Shown here in pieces: positions 8,912 to 16,997 of a stretch of DNA of 37,669 nt. The stretch is from an uncultured Gammaproteobacteria bacterium (GTDB lineage Bacteria; Patescibacteriota; Patescibacteriia; Magasanikbacterales; GWA2-37-8). The DNA lies in NCBI GenBank assembly GCA_964442985.1, contig CAYUBH010000001.1:7311-44979 (forward strand), read 5' to 3'. A program made the translations under genes and the position numbers. Every line of letters begins with the position of its first letter. The stretch's first letter is position 1. The notes beneath the pieces were generated by a model. That model made no database searches, had not been told where the DNA came from, and saw only the letters and a list, made by a program, of their open reading frames with translations.

Positions 8912-9322
8912 TTAGGAAACAGCGTCTTTTTTAAGCAAAAGTGGCAAAAGGCGATTCTTGCCCTGCCACAAGAAATAGATATTGAGAAGCAGCATCACAT
9001 TGCCCATAACCGCCCCACCGGTGAGGAGCCCGCCGTCCAGGAAAGCATGGAAGCCGACAATATTAAGCGTGATTGGCAGGAGCAAAAAAGCTGCCAAAGC
9101 TGTGCGATCTACCCAAATAAGCACCAAGCTGATTGCAAAGACCAGAGACATGAGGTAATTAATGTATTTACCTTGCATAAGAGCTTCGATAAAGGCAAAC
9201 GCTTCTTTTGAAGAATACATCTCAGCGGTTGGTGGCGGGAAAATTCCTAGCACTCCAAGTAACGGCATAATTAAAATCAGACTCAAAAGAACCTTGAGAA
9301 AGATAGTCAGATATTTTTTCAT
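8912..9322 (-). CDS. Small 4-TM membrane protein (136 aa), function unknown
   Basis: MKKYLTIFLKVLLSLILIMPLLGVLG... with four hydrophobic segments. ATG at 9320-9322 is preferred over the ORF-track start at 9379, which only adds a non-hydrophobic extension. Confidence 0.6.
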   Translation of the reverse strand: MKKYLTIFLKVLLSLILIMPLLGVLGIFPPPTAEMYSSKEAFAFIEALMQGKYINYLMSLVFAISLVLIWVDRTALAAFLLLPITLNIVGFHAFLDGGLLTGGAVMGNVMLLLNIYFLWQGKNRLLPLLLKKDAVS

Positions 9323-9381
9323 AGGGTATATAAAATAATTAACACGTATACTGTACAGGACAGAGGGGCGGTTGGGCAAGT

Positions 9382-9500
9382 GAGAGTGAGAGATTCGGCT
9401 TCGCCTCTCGTCGACTTCCGTCTCCTCGGGCTAGCCACCGCCTCGCGGTCGCGCTCGCCCAACTGCGTCGCGCGACATCGCTCCGGCGTTCGAATCTCTC
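9382..9500 (-). ncRNA. Unclassified GC-rich structured element bounded by tRNA-Ser-derived repeats (candidate ncRNA, decayed tRNA copy or att-site scar)
   Basis: 57 of 80 nt are G+C in 9401-9480 by hand count. The ends pair over 10 bp (9388-9397 with 9491-9500). Internal hairpin at 9448-9476 and GAC-GGAA-GTC at 9413-9422. A 16-nt direct repeat of the tRNA-Ser 3' end (9382-9397 = 9553-9568). No credible ORF. Confidence 0.3.
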
Positions 9501-9512
9501 CTCTTTCTTCTA

Positions 9513-9550
9513 CAAAACAAATGACACCCACTAGGGTGTCATTTGTTTTG
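9513..9550 (-). terminator. Perfect 17-bp hairpin abutting the tRNA-Ser 3' end (bidirectional terminator-like)
   Basis: CAAAACAAATGACACCC-ACTA-GGGTGTCATTTGTTTTG, with A/T runs inside the stem ends. Confidence 0.65.
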
Positions 9551-9636
9551 CGGAGAGTGAGAGATTCGAACTCTCGATACCTTTCGGTATACACGCTTTC
9601 CAAGCGTGCGCACTAGACCAACTATGCGAACTCTCC
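9551..9636 (-). tRNA. tRNA-Ser (anticodon GGA), class II with long variable arm; CCA not encoded
   Basis: Minus strand reads GGAGAGT..CACGC-TTGGAAA-GCGTG..ATACC-GAAA-GGTAT..GAGAG-TTCGAAT-CTCTC-ACTCTCC-G. 86 nt, 7-bp acceptor stem, U33 and A37 in place. Confidence 0.9.
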
Positions 9637-9658
9637 AGGTCTGTCTAAAAGTGGGCGT

Positions 9659-9687
9659 AGTATAGCAAAAGCTCGCTAAATCGTCAA
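9659..9687 (-). promoter_or_regulatory. Consensus-like promoter for tRNA-Ser
   Basis: Minus strand: TTGACG (9682-9687), 17-nt spacer ending in TGC (9665-9667), then TATACT (9659-9664). The tRNA 5' end is at 9636. Confidence 0.6.
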
Positions 9688-9695
9688 TGAAATGG

Positions 9696-10478
9696 CTAAA
9701 CAGCTGGTTTTTTGCCAAAAAAACTCGTCGTAAGGACGCTGAGCGACGCCAGTACCAACACCATCATCCCCCACTGAGCCGGGGTCAGGTGCGCGTAGCG
9801 AGCGTCCGCCATCGTAATGTCGGTCGCTCGTAAAAAATCCAAGAAAAATCGGGCAACAGCGTAAAGCGTCACCGACATGAGTGTCACGAGCCCCCAACGA
9901 CGGCGCACTAAGCGCTTAAATAATAACGCTGAAAATAGAAACAACACAAACCCGACGATCGATTCATACAACCCTAAATCATGACGCGCCCCACCAGGAA
10001 ACTGCACCCCACCCACAAAATGGGTCAGCGTGCCCGGATGATCATGAATAAGGAAACAACCAATGCGTCCAATCCCCCACCCGAGCCACAAACTCACTGC
10101 AGCAACATCCATGTATGGTACAAATTGTTGGAACGTAAAGCCTCGTTTTTTCGCGAACAACCACAAAGCGAGACCAGCGCCAAAAAACCCACCCGTTGAC
10201 GACGCTCCCCCCTGCCAAATTTTGAAAACGTCAGCGGGGTTGAGGAGATAAAAATCTAAATTATAAAATAAAATATGGAACAGTCGCGCAAAGACAAACG
10301 AGGACACCAGCACCCACACCGCCATATCATAGAGGACTTCTTCCGAAAGAAAATACCGCTTAGCAAAACTACGCATCACAAAAAGCGAGGCAATAATCCC
10401 GAGCGCTACCAAGAGACCCCACACCTGAATAGTGACTGGCCCGAGCAAAATGGTATTGTACTGAAAATACGGAATCAT
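9696..10478 (-). CDS. lgt: Prolipoprotein diacylglyceryl transferase
   Basis: Polytopic membrane protein with Lgt signatures: IWQGGASSTGGFFGAG, GRIGCFLIHDHPG, and an Arg-rich C-terminal part. Confidence 0.85.
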   Translation of the reverse strand: MIPYFQYNTILLGPVTIQVWGLLVALGIIASLFVMRSFAKRYFLSEEVLYDMAVWVLVSSFVFARLFHILFYNLDFYLLNPADVFKIWQGGASSTGGFFGAGLALWLFAKKRGFTFQQFVPYMDVAAVSLWLGWGIGRIGCFLIHDHPGTLTHFVGGVQFPGGARHDLGLYESIVGFVLFLFSALLFKRLVRRRWGLVTLMSVTLYAVARFFLDFLRATDITMADARYAHLTPAQWGMMVLVLASLSVLTTSFFGKKPAV

Positions 10479-10481
10479 AGA

Positions 10482-11855
10482 TTATCCTTTCAAAAAATTC
10501 AGCACATCACCCGGCGAGTCAATAACCTGCACAAAGGTGGTGTCATCTTGGCTGATTGTTTTAAAATCAGCATACAGCAAATGAATGTAGCTCAAGAGTG
10601 GTTGCCAAAAATCTTTACCGTACAAAATAATTGGCAAACGCTCCATCTTTTTGGTTTCAATAAGGGTCAGAAGCTCAAACAGCTGATGCATTGTCCCAAA
10701 CCCGCCTGGGAAAAAGACAAACGCTTCGCTTGGCGCCGTCAAAATAAGTTTACGCACAAACGGAAAGAAAAAATTGGTTGATTTAGTGAGCGCGTTATTG
10801 TGACGATCAATATTACGCACTTTCATACAAATACCAACACTTTCTCCGCCGTTATCAAAAGCTCCTTTGTTGGCTGCTTCCATAATCCCCGGACCACCAC
10901 CAGTAATCACGGTGTGTTTTTGTTTGGCGAGTAAGGCACCAATATCATAGGCTGCCTTGTAATACGGCGACCCCGGGAGCAAGCTCTTGGTGCCAAGCAC
11001 AGTCACATTGTGTGAGAGCGCCGACAAAAACTCAAAGCCGTCCACCAATTCTGCCATAATACGAAACACCCGCCAGTCGGTTGTCCCTTCTTGGCAAAGC
11101 GGATTCATCGGATCGTTATTGCAAGTGTTTGGTCTATCTGGCGCATTTTTAAGAAGTTGAAACGCTTCATCGGCCGTGTCCACAATATGCCAGCTGGCAA
11201 TATCCGCTTCGCTCAGCGAATTAACCTGTTTCAATGATTTATTTCGTAAAAAATCGACGAGTGGTTGCCAAAAATCGCGCCCCACCAAAATGACTGGGGA
11301 TTTATCCATAAACCCCATTTCCATGTAGTCGACAATTTCAAAAAACTCATCGAGCGTCCCAAAACCACCTGGGAAAAAAACAAACGCATTACCCGGCGAC
11401 GTGAGCATCAGCTTGCGGGTGAAGAAATAATAAAAAGCGATAGATTTATTAACGTACGGATTGATGCGTTGTTCAAACGGCAACTGAATGTTGAGCCCCA
11501 CACTTGGCCCGCCGGTTTCGTAAGCTCCCTTGTTGGCTGCCTCCATAATCCCCGGACCACCACCAGTGATAGTAGTAAAACCATTTTTACCAAGCAATCG
11601 CCCCAGCTCAACCGCAATCTGATAAAATTTGTTATTGGCTGGCAAACGAGCCGACCCCAAAATCACCACTTCTTTTGTAAGCTCGCCCAAAAATTGGTAG
11701 CCTTCGACGATCTCGGTGATGATACGAAAAATCCGCCAGCTATCACGATGATTGACCACTGCGCCGGCAGTATCTGTAAAATGCGACTCTGGAATTGACG
11801 CAGCCGAAGACTCATCCGCTACCGGAGCTGTTTTTTTTGAGCGGCGTGGAGGCAT
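10482..11855 (-). CDS. Tandem fusion of two LOG/TIGR00730-family (nucleotide phosphoribohydrolase) domains
   Basis: GGGPGIMEAANKGA occurs twice (aa 98-111 and 319-332). PGGFGTLDE (aa 162-170) contrasts with PGGFGTMHQ (aa 383-391). Confidence 0.8.
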   Translation of the reverse strand: MPPRRSKKTAPVADESSAASIPESHFTDTAGAVVNHRDSWRIFRIITEIVEGYQFLGELTKEVVILGSARLPANNKFYQIAVELGRLLGKNGFTTITGGGPGIMEAANKGAYETGGPSVGLNIQLPFEQRINPYVNKSIAFYYFFTRKLMLTSPGNAFVFFPGGFGTLDEFFEIVDYMEMGFMDKSPVILVGRDFWQPLVDFLRNKSLKQVNSLSEADIASWHIVDTADEAFQLLKNAPDRPNTCNNDPMNPLCQEGTTDWRVFRIMAELVDGFEFLSALSHNVTVLGTKSLLPGSPYYKAAYDIGALLAKQKHTVITGGGPGIMEAANKGAFDNGGESVGICMKVRNIDRHNNALTKSTNFFFPFVRKLILTAPSEAFVFFPGGFGTMHQLFELLTLIETKKMERLPIILYGKDFWQPLLSYIHLLYADFKTISQDDTTFVQVIDSPGDVLNFLKG

Positions 11856-11890
11856 AGTGACAAGCTAGCTATGTTTATAAATAGAGTGTT

Positions 11891-13312
11891 TTACGACAGA
11901 GCGTGGCCCAAGCGAAGAATCGTGCTTTCGGCCAAACGAGCGCCAATAAGCTGAACACCGACTGGCAAACCAGCCGACGTTTCACCAGCAGGAATAGACA
12001 GGGCTGGCATACCAGCCACAGCTGCTGGCGACACCATCACGTCAGCAAGATAGAGCGCCATTGGGTCGTTGGCCTTCTCCCCCACCCCAAATGCTGGGAA
12101 TGGCGAGGTTGGCGTAATCAAGACATCAACTTTTTTAAACACTTCATCAAAATCACGACGAATCAGCGTGCGCACTTGTTGCGCTTTTTTGTAATACGCA
12201 TCGTAATAACCAGCCGACAGCGCATACGTACCGATCAAAATACGACGTTTTACTTCTTCAGGGAAACCAGTGGCACGAGAATCAGCATAGAGGTCATACA
12301 GTGTTTTGTCAGACGCCCGCACACCATAGCGCACGCCATCAAGCCGACCAAGATTGGAACTGTCTTCACTTGGGACAATAATATAGTACACCGCAATAGA
12401 ATATTTGGTGTGTGGCAAGCTAACTTCTTCTACTGTACAACCCAATTTTTTGAGTGCTTCAATTTTGGCTTCAGTTATTTTCAAAACTTCTGGATCAATC
12501 CCCGGAACATTAAAATATTCTTTCGGAACACCGACGCGCAAACCTTTGACCGATTTTGTTAATTCTTTGGTGTATGAAGGAACTGGTTCTGGGACAGTCG
12601 TTGCGTCGCGCGGATCAACACCAGCAATCGCTTCCATCACAATGGCCGTATCTTCGACTGTCTTGGTAATTGGGCCGACAGTATCCAAGGACGAGGCCAT
12701 CGGCATAATGCCATAGCGAGAATTGCGACCATAGCTTGGACGAAGCCCCACTACACCACAAAAACTTGCTGGCTGGCGAATCGAGCCACCAGTATCTTCG
12801 GCAATAGAAAAAATACATTGGTCATCGGCCACTGCTGCCCCGCTCCCACCCGATGATCCACCAGCCACTTTGCTCGTGTCATGTGGGTTGCGCACTGGGC
12901 CATACATGCTGTTTTCATTGCTGGCTCCATGCCCAAAAGCGTCACAGTTATTTTTACCAAGCAACACCCCGCCTTGTTCACGAATTTTATGAATCACTGT
13001 CGCTTCAAATGGCGGGACATAGTTATCTAAAATCTTCGCCGAACCAGTCGAGCGAACATCAGCAGTGTTAATAGCGTCTTTCACCGCAAATGGAATACCG
13101 GTGAGCGGGTGAGCTGTCCCAAAAGCAAATCGCTTGTCAGCTTCGCGAGCTTCGGCCAACGCCTGCTCCTCGGAGACGGTGATAAACGCATTAATTTCTT
13201 TGTTGCGTTCTTTGATGCGTGCCAAACACGCTTTGGTCAGATCAACTGAGGTAAATTTTTTTGCCCAAAGCCCCGCCTGTGCTTCCGCAAGAGTAAGTTC
13301 ATTAAGATTCAT
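11891..13312 (-). CDS. gatA: Asp/Glu-tRNA(Asn/Gln) amidotransferase subunit A
   Basis: Amidase signature GGSSGGSGAAVA..EDTGGSIRQPASFCGVVGLRPSYG. Lies immediately after gatC. Confidence 0.95.
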   Translation of the reverse strand: MNLNELTLAEAQAGLWAKKFTSVDLTKACLARIKERNKEINAFITVSEEQALAEAREADKRFAFGTAHPLTGIPFAVKDAINTADVRSTGSAKILDNYVPPFEATVIHKIREQGGVLLGKNNCDAFGHGASNENSMYGPVRNPHDTSKVAGGSSGGSGAAVADDQCIFSIAEDTGGSIRQPASFCGVVGLRPSYGRNSRYGIMPMASSLDTVGPITKTVEDTAIVMEAIAGVDPRDATTVPEPVPSYTKELTKSVKGLRVGVPKEYFNVPGIDPEVLKITEAKIEALKKLGCTVEEVSLPHTKYSIAVYYIIVPSEDSSNLGRLDGVRYGVRASDKTLYDLYADSRATGFPEEVKRRILIGTYALSAGYYDAYYKKAQQVRTLIRRDFDEVFKKVDVLITPTSPFPAFGVGEKANDPMALYLADVMVSPAAVAGMPALSIPAGETSAGLPVGVQLIGARLAESTILRLGHALS

Positions 13313-13317
13313 AGCAA

Positions 13318-13605
13318 TTATTCAAAAACACCAGGAACTGGTAATTCTTCAGCGGTGACTCGCGGCATAGTCGCCATGAGTTTGTCGCGAAGTGGGCTCA
13401 CAACCACTTCGTCGGAGCGAGTGACGTTGTGTAAGCCGGTCACCTGAGCTGTCGGCTCGACACCAGCTGTATCGACTTCATTTAAAATGGTCATGTAGTC
13501 TAAGACCGCCGAAATAGTTTCGGCATAGCGTTTTTCTTCGTCTGGGGTGAGCTTCAAACGTGATAGCTCAGCGATTTTTTGGACTTCTTGTAAGGATAAA
13601 GACAT
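13318..13605 (-). CDS. gatC: Asp/Glu-tRNA(Asn/Gln) amidotransferase subunit C
   Basis: 95 aa, IAELSRLKLTPDEEKRY...LDYMTILNEVDTAGVEPT. Lies 5 nt upstream of gatA. Confidence 0.9.
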   Translation of the reverse strand: MSLSLQEVQKIAELSRLKLTPDEEKRYAETISAVLDYMTILNEVDTAGVEPTAQVTGLHNVTRSDEVVVSPLRDKLMATMPRVTAEELPVPGVFE

Positions 13606-13614
13606 AGTGGCTGT

Positions 13615-13643
13615 AGTATACTAAAGCGCCTAAAGAATTGCAA
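13615..13643 (-). promoter_or_regulatory. gatC promoter positioned for a leaderless mRNA
   Basis: Minus strand: TTGCAA (13638-13643), 17 nt, TATACT (13615-13620), then only 9 nt to the ATG at 13605. Confidence 0.5.
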
Positions 13644-13655
13644 CAACAAAACCGG

Positions 13656-13683
13656 TTGACTTTTGCGGTAAAAAGGCTACTAT
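13656..13683 (+). promoter_or_regulatory. tsaE promoter (divergent from gatC)
   Basis: TTGACT (13656-13661), 16 nt, TACTAT (13678-13683). ATG at 13702. Confidence 0.45.
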
Positions 13684-13701
13684 AGAGAGCACACTTTTCT
13701 T

Positions 13702-14130
13702 ATGGAAATTATCTCAATTGGACCAGACACTACCAAACAAGCTGGAGCTGAGCTCGCCCGCAAAATAATCGGCGGAGCGATTATTTGCTTACACGGTGAT
13801 TTGGGCGCTGGCAAAACCACCTTTACCAAAGGCTTTGCCGAGGGCTTAGGGCTTCAACACGATATGACCAGCCCGACATTTACCCTGATGAATGTCTATC
13901 GCCTGCCACACACTGCCCCAGCTCGCGAATTGGTCCACATCGACACCTATCGTCTCGAGAGCGAAGCTGAGCTTGTCGGTATTGGTGTTGAGGATTATCT
14001 TGGTCAACCACACACTATCACCCTCATTGAGTGGCCAGAAAAAATCTCTTCCCTACTCCACAATAAAAAAGTGGTCAATGTTACCATTGACCACCTTGAA
14101 GAAACGACTCGAAAAATTACTGTTCAATAG
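13702..14130 (+). CDS. tsaE: tRNA t6A37 biosynthesis ATPase TsaE
   Basis: LHGDLGAGKTTFTKG P-loop, SPTFTLMNVY, HIDTYRL, 142 aa. Confidence 0.85.
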   Translation: MEIISIGPDTTKQAGAELARKIIGGAIICLHGDLGAGKTTFTKGFAEGLGLQHDMTSPTFTLMNVYRLPHTAPARELVHIDTYRLESEAELVGIGVEDYLGQPHTITLIEWPEKISSLLHNKKVVNVTIDHLEETTRKITVQ

Positions 14131-14563
14131 ATGGACACAGATCCATCGCTGCTTGAAGCTTCACATCACATTCTTCGTTGGCTTTGACACATTTTGGTGT
14201 CTCACTCCATGATGGACAACCGGCAGCAATTTTTTTACAAAACTTATTCGCTTCTTGAATAGCTTTGTTACACTTCTGAGTGAGGCTCGTCACCGCGCTG
14301 GTTGAGACAGCGACAATAGAACCAGCTGGAAGTGGTTTGGCTGGGACTGTCGAGGTAGTTACTTCTTCACTCACTTCAACTTTTTTTACCACTGGTTTAA
14401 CAGTTGGCTTGGTAGTGGTTTTAGCCACTACTTTTTTAGTTGGGGCAGCTTTGACAACAGTCGCTTGGGAAACCGGTAATTTTTCAACCTCCGCCAAAGA
14501 CATAGCTGGGAGGCCAAGAATGGCCACCGCCAAGGCTGTGATAAAGATAGCAATCTTTTGCAT
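14117..14563 (-). CDS. Secreted Lys/Thr/Val-rich protein with Cys-rich C-terminal domain (148 aa)
   Basis: Signal peptide MQKIAIFITALAVAILGLPAMSLA, a KPTVKPVVKK low-complexity region, and six Cys in the last 50 aa. Its 3' end overlaps the tsaE 3' end by 14 nt (convergent). Confidence 0.6.
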   Translation of the reverse strand: MQKIAIFITALAVAILGLPAMSLAEVEKLPVSQATVVKAAPTKKVVAKTTTKPTVKPVVKKVEVSEEVTTSTVPAKPLPAGSIVAVSTSAVTSLTQKCNKAIQEANKFCKKIAAGCPSWSETPKCVKANEECDVKLQAAMDLCPSIEQ

Positions 14564-14591
14564 AGATATAGGTCAGTTATTCAGAGGGTGT

Positions 14592-14620
14592 ACCCTACCA
14601 GAAAACCAGCTTTTTGTCAA
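14592..14620 (-). promoter_or_regulatory. Promoter of the 148-aa secreted protein gene; near-copy of the yidC P1 cassette
   Basis: Minus strand: TTGACA (14615-14620), 17-nt spacer AAAAGCTGGTTTTCTGG ending in TGG, then TAGGGT (14592-14597). Confidence 0.5.
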
Positions 14621-14650
14621 TAAAAAAGACCAGATAATAGCTAAAATAAG

Positions 14651-15895
14651 CTATTTTTTGGGCTTTTGAGGAGATCCACCGACGTACTGTCGCCCGCTGA
14701 GCTCGGGCGGGAGATACTCTTGCTCCACCGGGCCGTCAAAATCCGGGTTATACTTATACCCCTTCCCATAACCGATTTCTTTCATAAATCCAGTCGGCGC
14801 ATTACGCAAATGAAGCGGAACGCCGAGATGCGAGGTGGCTTTGGCATCACTCGCTGCCGCCTGGTAGCCGGTATACAGCAGATTAGACTTGGTAGACTTG
14901 GCGCAATACACCACCGCCTGAGCCAGATGAACCGCACATTCGGGCATACCAAGCTTGTGGCAGGCGTCGTAGGCGGTATTAGCCTGTACCATTGCCTCGC
15001 TGTTAGCCATCCCAATATCCTCACTCGCGAATCGAAGCACACGCCGAGCGACATAAAGCGGATCAGCCCCACCCTCGAGCATCCGGGCGAGCCAATACAA
15101 ACTTGCATTAGCATCCGACCCACGCATAGATTTGTGGAGAGCTGAGATAAGGTTATAAAACTCTTCACCGCGTTTATCGAAAATCAAGTGTGTGCGCTGG
15201 AGTGCTTCTTTAATTCCTTCAGAGGTAAGAACGATTGTTTCTTTATTGGATTGAGATTTAATTGCGAGCTCCAGGCCATTGAGCGCCGAACGAGCATCAC
15301 CACCAGACAATTCAGCTAACAGTTCGAGCACCTCGTCGGGCACGGTTATCTTCAAAGCGCCATAGCCATGCTCAGTATCACGAAGCGCTCGTTTCAAAAC
15401 AGTGGTGATGTCCGCTACTGTCAGATGCTTCAAAATAAACACCCGCGAACGACTGAGAAGCGCGCCGTTAATCTCAAACGAGGGATTTTCGGTGGTAGCA
15501 CCAATGAGTGTGAGTATCCCCTGCTCTACAAATGGCAGGAGCGCATCTTGTTGCGCTTTGTTCCAACGGTGAATTTCATCAATAAACAAAATAGTGCGCT
15601 CACCGTCTGCCCGATGTTTCTCGGCTTCGGCCACCACTTTGCGCAGTTCATCTTTGCCACTCGCCACCGCCGACATCACCACAAACCGAGACTTAGTTTG
15701 CTCAGCAATAATATGCGCCAAGGTAGTTTTGCCCACCCCCGGCGGACCCCAAAAAATAATCGATGAAAGCTGATCGGTGTCTACGAGCTGGCGGAGTAGT
15801 TTTCCCGGTGCCACACTATCTGTTTGACCGACAAAGTCGTCAAACGAGCGCGGACGAAGACGCTCGGCCAAAGGAATTGAAGAAATTTTAGACAT
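14651..15895 (-). CDS. rarA: Replication-associated recombination protein A (MgsA/RarA AAA+ ATPase)
   Basis: LAERLRPRSFDDFVGQ, GPPGVGKTTLA, LFIDEIHRWNKAQQD, and C-terminal MgsA helical domain (YDACHKLGMPE). Confidence 0.9.
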   Translation of the reverse strand: MSKISSIPLAERLRPRSFDDFVGQTDSVAPGKLLRQLVDTDQLSSIIFWGPPGVGKTTLAHIIAEQTKSRFVVMSAVASGKDELRKVVAEAEKHRADGERTILFIDEIHRWNKAQQDALLPFVEQGILTLIGATTENPSFEINGALLSRSRVFILKHLTVADITTVLKRALRDTEHGYGALKITVPDEVLELLAELSGGDARSALNGLELAIKSQSNKETIVLTSEGIKEALQRTHLIFDKRGEEFYNLISALHKSMRGSDANASLYWLARMLEGGADPLYVARRVLRFASEDIGMANSEAMVQANTAYDACHKLGMPECAVHLAQAVVYCAKSTKSNLLYTGYQAAASDAKATSHLGVPLHLRNAPTGFMKEIGYGKGYKYNPDFDGPVEQEYLPPELSGRQYVGGSPQKPKK

Positions 15896-16997
15896 ATCGT
15901 TCGAGTAGTGTCGCGAGCCACTCCTTGAAACGCATGAATAATGTACTTCGTTTAATCATCGCTTCATCCACCGACTTCGCGCTCGCCTTATAGGTATTAA
16001 ACAGAGCGTTAAGCTCAGCCACCATTTTGGTATCACTAAAATAAACACCACTTTCTTCGTTCATTCCATAACTCCGGGGGGTCATGTTGGCGCTCCCCAC
16101 CATTCCAGTAGAATCATCGATCGTCACCGCTTTACCATGATTCATTTTCGGCAGTAAATACAAATTAGCACCAGCTTTGAGGGTCAGCCGGAAATAGGCT
16201 CGTGCAATCAACTCCATCAATTTGGTATCGGTACGAAGTGGCATGAAAATATTAATTTTCACCCCACGTTTTTTGGCAGCGGTCACTGCTTTGAGAAATG
16301 CCTTATCCGGCGCGTAATACGGCGTCAAAAAATTAACACTTTCTTTGGCCATCGCGAGCGCCTTAATATACAATTTGCGCGTAATTTTATCTTGGCGAAG
16401 TTTTGGCGAGTGCGCAATAAACTTCAACTTGTTGGTAAAATCTTTCCAGCTTTCACGATCGTTTGGTTTGAGCAAATGCCACACAGCGCTTTTTTTGCCA
16501 CCCGAAGAAATATAGCTTTTGGCAAACCCGCGCAGTAGCGGTCGAGGCACTAAGCCTTGAATTTTGAGGTAAATATCATCCCACTCATTATAACTTGCCT
16601 TAATATTCACCCCACCCAAAAAGACCGTGGTTTCATCCACCACCAACACTTTGCGATGATTGCGAAACCACAAACGAGAAAACCAGCGCCACAAACGAAT
16701 TTCTGGATAAATACGGTTATAAAAATGTAAATCCACTCCAGCGTCAATCAACCGACGAACAGCAGTTTGCGACATTTGAAATCCACCAATCGCATCAATC
16801 ACCATTTTCACTTCCACCCCAGCTTTAGCTTTGGCGCACAATAATTCCACAAAGGTGTCCCCTACTTTGTCATCGACGAAAATAAATACTTCCCAATAAA
16901 TAGATTTTTGGGCAGTAGACAAAGCCTGGTACATAGCATCCCAGGCTTCAGAGGTCGTAGCGTAAAATCGGTAGGTATATTTTTCTGCTAATTCCAT
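15888..16997 (-). CDS. cls: Phospholipase D-family protein with two HKD motifs (ClsB-like cardiolipin synthase; no TM segment)
   Basis: HRKVLVVDETTVFLGGVNI and HGKAVTIDDSTGMVGSANM. Overlaps rarA by 8 nt and the upstream 666-aa ORF by 10 nt. Confidence 0.75.
   Translation of the reverse strand: MELAEKYTYRFYATTSEAWDAMYQALSTAQKSIYWEVFIFVDDKVGDTFVELLCAKAKAGVEVKMVIDAIGGFQMSQTAVRRLIDAGVDLHFYNRIYPEIRLWRWFSRLWFRNHRKVLVVDETTVFLGGVNIKASYNEWDDIYLKIQGLVPRPLLRGFAKSYISSGGKKSAVWHLLKPNDRESWKDFTNKLKFIAHSPKLRQDKITRKLYIKALAMAKESVNFLTPYYAPDKAFLKAVTAAKKRGVKINIFMPLRTDTKLMELIARAYFRLTLKAGANLYLLPKMNHGKAVTIDDSTGMVGSANMTPRSYGMNEESGVYFSDTKMVAELNALFNTYKASAKSVDEAMIKRSTLFMRFKEWLATLLERYV

Noticed and set aside
9400-9480. 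SRP (4.5S) RNA or riboswitch identity for the GC-rich block, because of the GGAA tetraloop hairpin and closing stem
   Set aside because: The tetraloop is not central to the long hairpin. The conserved SRP domain IV loops (AGG / AGCA around GGAA) are not reproduced. I could not match any riboswitch consensus I know (TPP, guanidine-I, ZTP, c-di-GMP). It is left as unclassified.
9319-9616. ORFs of 94 aa (minus) and 78 aa (plus) across the GC-rich block and tRNA-Ser
   Set aside because: They run through a tRNA gene and its terminator hairpin. They are open only because the block is GC-rich, and they have Arg/Ser/Pro-rich nonsense-like composition and no start context.
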